Notes under the pieces: generated by a model | What the model saw: the letters and a program-made list of their open reading frames with translations, nothing else | Databases searched by the model: none | Told to the model about the DNA's origin: nothing | NCBI GenBank assembly: GCA_951406725.2 | Contig: OX597819.1 | Coordinates: 2,108,001-2,172,000, forward strand | Length of the DNA stretch: 64,000 nucleotides | Reading direction: 5' to 3' | Origin: Octopus vulgaris | Taxonomy: Eukaryota | Shown: positions 55,580 to 64,000 of the stretch, one piece after another | Layout of the letters: each line of letters starts with the position of its first letter | Numbering within the stretch: the first letter of the stretch is position 1 | Position numbers and translations under genes: made by a program

Positions 55580-58500
55580 ATGCGTGCGGCTGCTGTTGCT
55601 TCGTGAGTTTATTTGGTTAATGCATTTTTGTTGTTGTTGATTATCTGTTGAAATTCTTACATTTGAGCTCCAGTTGAAGTCGGACTGTTGTCGTCATTGA
55701 CGAAAATTTTCGCTCTACGGGGTGGAAAATTGTCTTTTCACGACTTCTTGGACTATTTTTTTACCCTTTGCTAGGTAAAAAAAATGTTTTGCCATTTTTG
55801 ACAAAATTATTTACGCTTTTTTCCGGAATTCAGAGGCCATTTGTAAAAATGGAATTAAAATTATTGTCAAATATTGACTTTTTGTACTCACTCGAGGACT
55901 TCCCGGCAATGAAAGAAAATAACCAAGTTTCTAATCAGGAAGAAAAGGAAAAACCCAGTTTCTCTGCTGCTGTTAGTGAAAATGTTTGTGTGTTGAAGGT
56001 GTCCAAGGCACAACTATTTAAGTTTCGAAACCTTATAAAAAAAAGTGGCATCGAAACAAAACTGTCGCCACCACAAGATATGCTACAAAACTTAACTGGC
56101 AGAATGGTAGTCTACAAGATATTCAACAGGGAGGAAAAAAGAATTATATCGGTGAAGAACGAGGTGGTAGAAAAGTGCTGTCGGTCGAAGCGCAAGAAGT
56201 TCTACTGTTGAGTCGCAATTTACCACAGTGATTTCAGATAAAAGAAAAAAATGCCCATGCCCCAGATTCCCCTCCCCTGACAAAGAAAACATCTACACAA
56301 AGCGCAAACACACAGAAAAATCTCCCCAATCCACCCCCAAGTCGAAATCCGCCACCTCCCTGAAACAGCAAAGGAAATATCCACCCAAACGTTAAAGAAT
56401 GAAGAAATAATTTTGCTCTCGACCTACCTAGGCCCGGAGAACTGCAAAAATAACTAAAGAGAAGATACCGGCTGGTTACGACGTAACATGGATGGCAGCG
56501 GCTGTAATTTACGTCGCAGAGGAGGAGATAACAATATTCCAGATGAAAAAGAGAGTCTCTAAAGTGGAAAGGCCCAACATTTGAGACGGTGGTCCAAGCC
56601 TCAAATGACGTGCTTGAATCGAGACCAGATTGCATTTTTATAGGTGGGGACTGAGCGCTAGAGTATCAGTCGAGGGACGTAGAACCAGATGTTTTAAATG
56701 TGAAGAAAAAGGGCACGTCTGCTCGGACTGCGAAAAAATAAAAAGAAACAACACAAAAAGGCTGAAGTCCCTTCCCCAAAACAAAGTAACGAGAAAGCGA
56801 CAGAAAGCGTCACAGAAAACGTCACAGAAAAAGCGAAAGTAACGAATAAAGAAAACGTAGAAAACACACAACAGAAGGAGGCCGAAGAGGAAATGGAATT
56901 TGCCACGGTGGTTTCACATCAAAGAAGAAAAAAACCATGACCCAGACACCCCTCCCCAGATAAAGAAAACATCTACACACAACGCAAACACACAGAAAAC
57001 TCCCCGATCCACCCCCAAGTTGAAACCCGCCACTACCCGCTAAAATGCACGAGGAGAAAGGATTGTTAAGTACAATGAGAAAAATTATGTTCTAGCGAGA
57101 ATAATAACTGCGCATAAAATATCGTGTATTTTACAACCAATACAAGACATGCCACCGAATATACGGTTGGCAAGGATAGAAGCAGACCTATTCGAAGAAT
57201 CTAAAGCGAGGTACCCGCAGGACATAAAAGATGTTAGCCAAGAGTTGGCCAACAAAAGACTTGAGCTTAGCCCAGCGGCTACACCTCAGAAAGAAAAAGA
57301 GGGGGAGACTGGCGAATTCATGCAGCCCCTCCCCATACTTAAAATGTAAGTTTCTTTATTTTTACCATGGAAATTAAGTTAGGTTGTATAAATGTTCGTG
57401 GCCTGGGGTCGAAATGGAAGCAAACTTGTCTCCTGGACGACCTCAGGTCACTAGAAATTGATATATGTGTAGTGACGGAATCCAAACTGAACGGGCCACA
57501 GGTGTTCTCGCCTCTTCTAAATGGCTATGAGAAATTTATTTCTCCTAGTCGACGGAGAGACGGGGACGTGATTGTCTTGTTCAGAAAAAACATGGACGTA
57601 CAGGTAAGTACAGTCTTTCTGGACCCAGAAGGTAGGCTGGTCGTCCTAGATGTGACACACGCAAGAAAGCAGTCCTTCAGGTTGGTAGTTGTTTGCGCTC
57701 CTAGTGAGTGTAGAGAAGCTGGGTTTTTTTCGAGACCTGGAGAGCTTTCTAGTAACTTCAAAAACTCTAGTTTTAGCAAGAAACTTTAAAACTATTCTCA
57801 ACGCACGGGTGGATAGTGTTGGCTTGATTGATAGAAGAGGAAGTCCTGGCCTTAAAAGGCTAGTAGGGAGCTATAACCTAGTAGATCGATATAGACTGGA
57901 TGAACCGCTCGTTCCACAGTGGACGTGGTCTAATAACAACGGTTCATACAGATCTCATTTAGATAGGATATTCGTTAGAGAAATACGGTTGTTACGCTTT
58001 TGTTGTGTCCCTTACACGGATCACAAATTTGTGATGTGTGAGGTGCACCTAGTTAAGTGTCACAGACAGGGACCAGGAAGATGAGCAAGTCTGTTTTGAC
58101 TTGTAAAACCTTCCGTACGTGGATTAAGGAGTTAGTACAGAGGACATTATGTGACACCATCATTTATAATAGATGGTGGAGCGCCCTCAAGCGAGCCATT
58201 CGTTCTGCGTCTCTTAGATTTAGTAACCAGCTAAGTTTAGAGAAGGCTAGAATAGAAGGGAGTCTAATTAAGGAATTAGCGGAGGCCATGGAATCTGGCT
58301 CTTCATCCAGAGTGATAGCAGCGAGAGTGGTGTTATTCCGTCCTCTCAAAGCCAGACACGAAGGTTGTAGAGTCAGGGCTAAAATACGTGCAGTCTGGAT
58401 GGGCACGTCCTGTGGAAGGTCGGAGAGGCAGTGAAGCCTCTGTAAAGTCTTTGATTGACGATCAGGGGCGTACGATCAAAGGACAGGAGGTGATGCAAGA

Positions 58501-60057
58501 GGCTTTTCACCATTTCACCCGGTTCTTTGGGACGAGCGTGTGGAATCTCTAAAAGACTTCCTCGACGGCGGACCGCGACTCTCGGCACGGGAAGCGGAAT
58601 GTTGTGAAGGGCCGATTACACATTGCGGAGGTAGAGGAGGCGCTGGCTGAATACACCGGGGACAAGTCGCCGGGGCTGGATGGTCTGCCGTATGAATTTT
58701 ATCGTAGTATGCCAGTCTTGTTCGGACACTTGCTGGCCTGCGTCTACACGAACTGGCAGCAGAATGGGAGGGTTCCCAGCTCTGTGAGTCGGGGAGTGGT
58801 GATGCTGATCAGAAAAGACCAGAACAAGGGGTATCATATTAGTAATTCTAGGCCCATAACTCTACTCAATGTAGAGTTAAAGAATTTGGCCAAGGTGTTA
58901 GCAAAAATGTTGATGCGTGTGGTGGAGAAACTTGTAGGGAGGGCGCAGACATGCGCCGTCACAGGCAGGTCAATCCAGGACAATCTTCATCTCTTATGCT
59001 ACACTTTAGACAGGGTGGGTAAAGTAACCGGTAAAGGTGGGGCATTGGTCAATTTAGAGAAAACAAAACTTTCGATATGGTAGACACCAGTACCTGGCGG
59101 TAGTCCTTGAGGCGGCTGGGCTGGGCTCGGTTGGGTCAAGGCCATTTATGGCGGCATCGAATCCACAATCCAAATAAACGATTACCTGTCGGAGTCGTTT
59201 AAGATCAAGCGCTCGGTTGGCCAAGGGTGCCCCCTGTCTTTGTTTCTGTATATACTGTCTATTAAGCCATTGCTGCGAAGGTTAGAGTGTTTTAGGGGGC
59301 ATCCCCAATGAAATTAGATGTGGTAAGTCACCATCACTGTGTCCAATGTAGCTCAGCTACCTTGTGTAGAAGATGCAATCAAAGGATACGAGGCAGTGGC
59401 AAGGGCAAAAGTTAACAAGGACAAGTCCATCGGTTTGTGGTTTGGCACTTGGAGCGGCAAGCCGATAACCTTTAGTGCCGTGGGTTACTGGCCGGATGGC
59501 CCTGTTAAGTTGCTCGGAGTTTGGTTTGGACCAGATTCCCAGACGGAGAAGAATTTGAGTGAGGTGGCAGGCAGGATGGACCTGGTCTGGAAGGTCGCTG
59601 TCCCTGAAAGGGAGGGTGGAGGTGGTGCAGGTGTTTATTGCGTCTACTTTCACCTACTGCCTGACCGTTGCCCCTTGCCCTGATTCGTGGCTATGCAAGT
59701 TGGTACGACTTCTTTTCCGCTATTGTGGAAGGAAAACCCGCACTGAGGCTAAGGCATCTCTGGCTCTACCTGGATGGTGAACATGTGTGGAATTCGCTTG
59801 CGGGGGAATTCTTCCCACAACCTGCCTCCTTGGAGGCAGGTTTGCACCCGATTTGATTAAAATACAGAATACGACTGAATGGCAAAAGAAATGCCGAAAG
59901 GCACTCGTGCTAATCCACAGGGCGGGCAAGGCCAGCAGTGGGAATACCACCTCTGTATTTTATAAAGGGATGGTAGAGTATAAGAGTGATGATGTCCTAG
60001 GAGAGGCTCTGGGGTTCGATGAGAACCAGCTAGCCAACTTGTTTCCTCAGGTCGGGG
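55580..60057 (+). mobile_element. Decayed Tx1-clade element related to 30805-36710, 3'-truncated
   Basis: ORF1 pieces (EDFPAM, SFSAAV, CFKCEEKGHVCSDC); ORF2 from 57367 (MEIKLGCINVRGL, FLDPEGRLVVLDV, KSPGLDGLPYE, GPVKLLGVWF), colinear with the intact ORF2 but frameshifted. Confidence 0.9.
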
Positions 60058-60139
60058 TATTTATATATGTATATATATATATATGTGTATATATGTATAT
60101 ATATACGTGTATTTATATATATATATGTATCTATATATG

Positions 60140-60170
<31 letters not shown>

Positions 60171-60184
60171 GTATATATGTATAT

Positions 60185-60756
60185 ATAAATATAAGGGAGT
60201 AACCACCATGTGGTCTACTCTAGCGCTAAAAATAGATCCGCTAGGTTTCAGCCACAAAAGAATTGTTTCCGATGAAAGTTAGCACGACCACTACCGCAAA
60301 CGAACAGGGCAAATAAACATAACAAAAATGCAGATTAGTTCAAGACAATTGTTTCGCTATTAATAAATTATGTAATTTTACTCACATAACATATCTGTAG
60401 CTCTTCAGCCGAACCCGTCCAGAATACAATTTACTCGACCGCACGCTAGATTTCACCATAACCATAAACACACGTGCGGTTCAGTCGATTGCATTCGCTG
60501 TTATAATTCAAGTGCCCCTGCCACGGCCCGCCAAAATTCACGGAAACAGATACTACATCCAAAATTAAATGTAGCATAATTACAATCAACTAATAAGGGA
60601 GAGAAAATTGGATACTAATTTAATAGTACATCCATTTAACACCAAATGGCTTAGTGCATAAAAAACCCGGATTACGATAAATTTTATACATAAATATAAG
60701 AGAGTAACCACCATGTGGTCTATTCTAGCACTAAAAATAGATCCGCTAGGTTTCAG

Positions 60757-60761
<5 letters not shown>
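60185..60761 (-). mobile_element. Retrozyme/pLTR-like ORF-less unit: 505-bp monomer plus ~72-bp terminal redundancy
   Basis: 60185-60256 is repeated at 60690-60761; canonical HHR inside; TA-rich tract at one end. Confidence 0.8.
60338..60414 (-). ncRNA. Type I hammerhead ribozyme, canonical core
   Basis: GUUCGG CUGAAGA GCUA..UAGC GAAACAAUUGUC UUGAAC: stem I GUUCGG/UUGAAC, stem II GCUA/UAGC, palindromic stem III ACAAUUGU, GUC site. Confidence 0.8.
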
Positions 60762-61220
<459 letters not shown>

Positions 61221-61469
61221 TATGTATGCTCATTCGTGTATGTATGTGTTTGTATGCATATAAGTATACGTTCATGTGATGCATGTGTATAGCAGTCTGT
61301 GTCTATCAATGTCTGTTTTTATATGTTTCTCATTTTGTTTCGAGGTATAATCATACATGTGTGCGTGTATGCCTCTTAGTATAAGCGCCTATACACATGC
61401 ATCTATGCACTTTTTAAGCAAGTGCATCAGTGAAGAAGATGTATATACGTAAACACCACACCATATCGA

Positions 61470-62050
61470 TTCCAGGGAAAGTCGAACTGTTGAAAAACTG
61501 GAGGACAGTAGTTTTTCAGTGCGCAGGCTTTGTGAATCTGTAGTATCGGTTCATCAATCTCTTATGATATACAGGAGCAAAGGGAAACGTTATTGAAATT
61601 CTATACAGTCAGTGATTCCAATACACAAATGACTATTAGAAAAGCAATGAAATAAGGTGAGAGTACAGAGCATGATTGAGCGGTGATGGAATGGTCTCGA
61701 CAACGTTGGAGTGATGCAGTGCATTGTTATGCAAATTGATAATGCAGCAGGGCCAGTTGTTCTATAAAGAACCTGAATTAGAAAATAAGTGTGATTATAG
61801 AGCAGAATAGCTCAAGAAAAATCATGAAATTTCCTTCTATACGGTGTGTAGAGAAAAATGCCGAGTTTGTGAATGAATTTGCCAAGCTCATAGCGAAGCG
61901 AACGTGCACAATGTAGATGAAACAGCGTTGCTCATCTACAAAAGCATTAACAAAAGATGAGGATTCAAACATTCCAAGGATAGGCTTGCCATCTTAGATT
62001 GCTCAAACACGGCAGCTACACACACACACTCACATATAAAACATAGGTAA
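61470..62050 (+). pseudogene. pogo/Tigger (CENP-B-like) transposase remnant
   Basis: RKAMK.GE, AVMEW, EFVNEFAKLIA, NVDETAL in broken frames. Confidence 0.55.
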
Positions 62051-63705
62051 TAGGAGAAAGTAAATATCCCTGAGACTTGAAATATAATAATATCTACCCA
62101 GTAACATACCATTTAATAAAAATGATTAGATTACAACAGATTTTACCGTTAAATGGCTTAAAAAACAATTTGTGATAAGTCAGATCACAGTGTCTATCTG
62201 TAGACCTAGCTAAGAGTTTCCTATTCTGAACAGCTGTTCTACCCACCTCGCAGCTGAATTTTTGTGTAAGAAAAATTCTTATACTCTATATTTACCAATT
62301 AGCAATATGTCACTAAACTAAGCCCTAAGACTAACGAATATTGTACTCTCTAAAGAAAAAGGATATGTCAGATGTGCTGAATGTTGGCAAGTGTATACCG
62401 TCGTTTATTAATGAACATGAAGGATGTTCTTTGGCTGATTGCAAGAGCATAGGTGAAGGTAGAAATATCTATACTTAAGAAAGTCTAGTGTAATTTGTGA
62501 AAATGTTGACAATGATTTCAGTCTTTCGTTTATCTTAGGAAAAAGGTGTCCATTAGCTCCTGAGTAGGCAAAATAGATCGTCAATGATGTATAGGCAGAG
62601 TGGATAAATATCCCTGTTTGGCTCCATCTGACAGGTTCGGAAATGATGTACATTGTGCTACATACTGAATGAAGTGATAAAGAAGACAATGTGAACATAG
62701 CTGAAGGATTTTATCATGATGGGTTGTGTTGGTGAATGATGTAATCAAAGAAAGATAATGCAATATCCTGATTTATCTGACAAGAAATTGCTATGACAAT
62801 GTCAGACCGAAGTAATACTATGACTTCGTCAGATGGGAGAACTCACATTTAATCGGGAAGACTTTCGTTGTAGGGTCATCAACGCGCTGTAAAAGCGTAC
62901 GATACATGACGACAATTGCTGCATGAAAAATTACAGGCAGAAATAAAACCCACGAAGCAACCTCACTTGGAAGAAATACTTAAAAGATTAGCCAAAAATA
63001 ATATTTCCTGCTGCTAGAACTTCAAGAATCCCGGGTGTCCCACAACGGCATTAGAAATCAAAGATGTAACGATCATCCATGAAACGGACAGTAAACCTAA
63101 CAGCGATCAACTTTCACAGAACTTCGTGCTTAGTTTTACAGTTCCAATGAAATTCTAAAATTAGCCAATTTAAGAGTAGCAATGCTGCAACATTCTTTGT
63201 AATTACAGTAATTAATAAATTTGCATTTAATGTTTGTTTAATTATCTAGTTTAATGAATCCTGTTTCCCTGATACTGGCAGCTCTACAGTACGCTCTCTG
63301 ACAAAGCCAAATGTAATAGACTTGTCATTTGCATTAAAGTACAGGTACCCGTATTTCATTTAATTTTTGATTAAATTAAGTTTAAGATTCTAGAAGTTCA
63401 TTGTACTTTAGAGACTGGAGGTGTATCGTCAATAAGTTAGAAGGTGTTGACCAGGGACGTGCCTACCTCGAAAAAAAAAATGAGATTGGTAGCAACATTT
63501 CCCATTTATCGCAAAATATGGACCTAATTCAATAAAATTATGAAGGTTACTCTGATTTCTACGCATAAAATGCAAAATATTTTTTTCTGTAGATTAGGTA
63601 GGCATAATTCGCCCTTCCTTTTCAATCTCAGTTTTTAAGCTACCCATAGTACAGCCATAGTACACGTGCTGCGTATAATCCTACAACACCGTTTTCTTTA
63701 CGTGC

Positions 63706-63825
63706 TATAAAGGCAGAAGTAAATCTGTCTTCAACTCAGTCGCGCACCTGTGTTTCGCTTATTTTTTGTGTTTTATTACATAAAGGTCACCAACTGCCTA
63801 CCCTGAGAAATTACTGACGGTACGT
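63706..63825 (+). promoter_or_regulatory. Candidate Pol II core promoter and short first exon
   Basis: TATAAA at 63706, Inr-like TCAGT with its A at 63738 (32 nt from the TATA start), donor-like ACG|GTACGT at 63820. Confidence 0.35.
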
Positions 63826-63963
63826 GTCTGGTGTTGACCAAAATTGACCCTTTCTGGTTCGGCAAAATTGTTCGCCAAATCCAACAAGGCTTTGAAATGA
63901 ATGATGTGCGATGTTCAGTTTTGTATCTGTGTATGTGTATATACATTCATACATGCATACATA

Positions 63964-64000
<37 letters not shown>

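Noticed and set aside
62400-63120. RT/EN-like remnants (also 38340-38680 and 40330-40580)
   Set aside because: Only a few motif-like residues; cannot be classified without a profile search

Overview
AT-rich, microsatellite-saturated eukaryotic DNA with no recognisable host protein-coding exon. The SINE and repeat repertoire resembles a cephalopod (octopus-like) genome; this is inference. Most ORF-track entries are microsatellite translations. The real content is transposable elements. (i) A full-length Tx1/L1-clade LINE (30805-36710, minus) has an intact APE-RT ORF2 and sits inside a (GATA)n array; there is also a decayed second Tx1 and a Tx1-type ORF1 inside a TG...CA-bounded LTR-like unit. 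(ii) R4/Dong-like RLE elements, some piled up in (TAA)n. (iii) RTE fragments. (iv) Penelope-like elements (PLEs), plus about a dozen short ORF-less units carrying minimal hammerhead-ribozyme (HHR)-like motifs, several as foldbacks and one as a 505-bp circularly permuted retrozyme-like unit. (v) Tc1/mariner, pogo, Helitron and Helentron remnants and many tRNA-type SINEs. Different retroelement families appear to occupy different microsatellites. One candidate host Pol II promoter/first exon lies near the 3' end. All alignments and folds were done by eye; boundaries of decayed elements are approximate.
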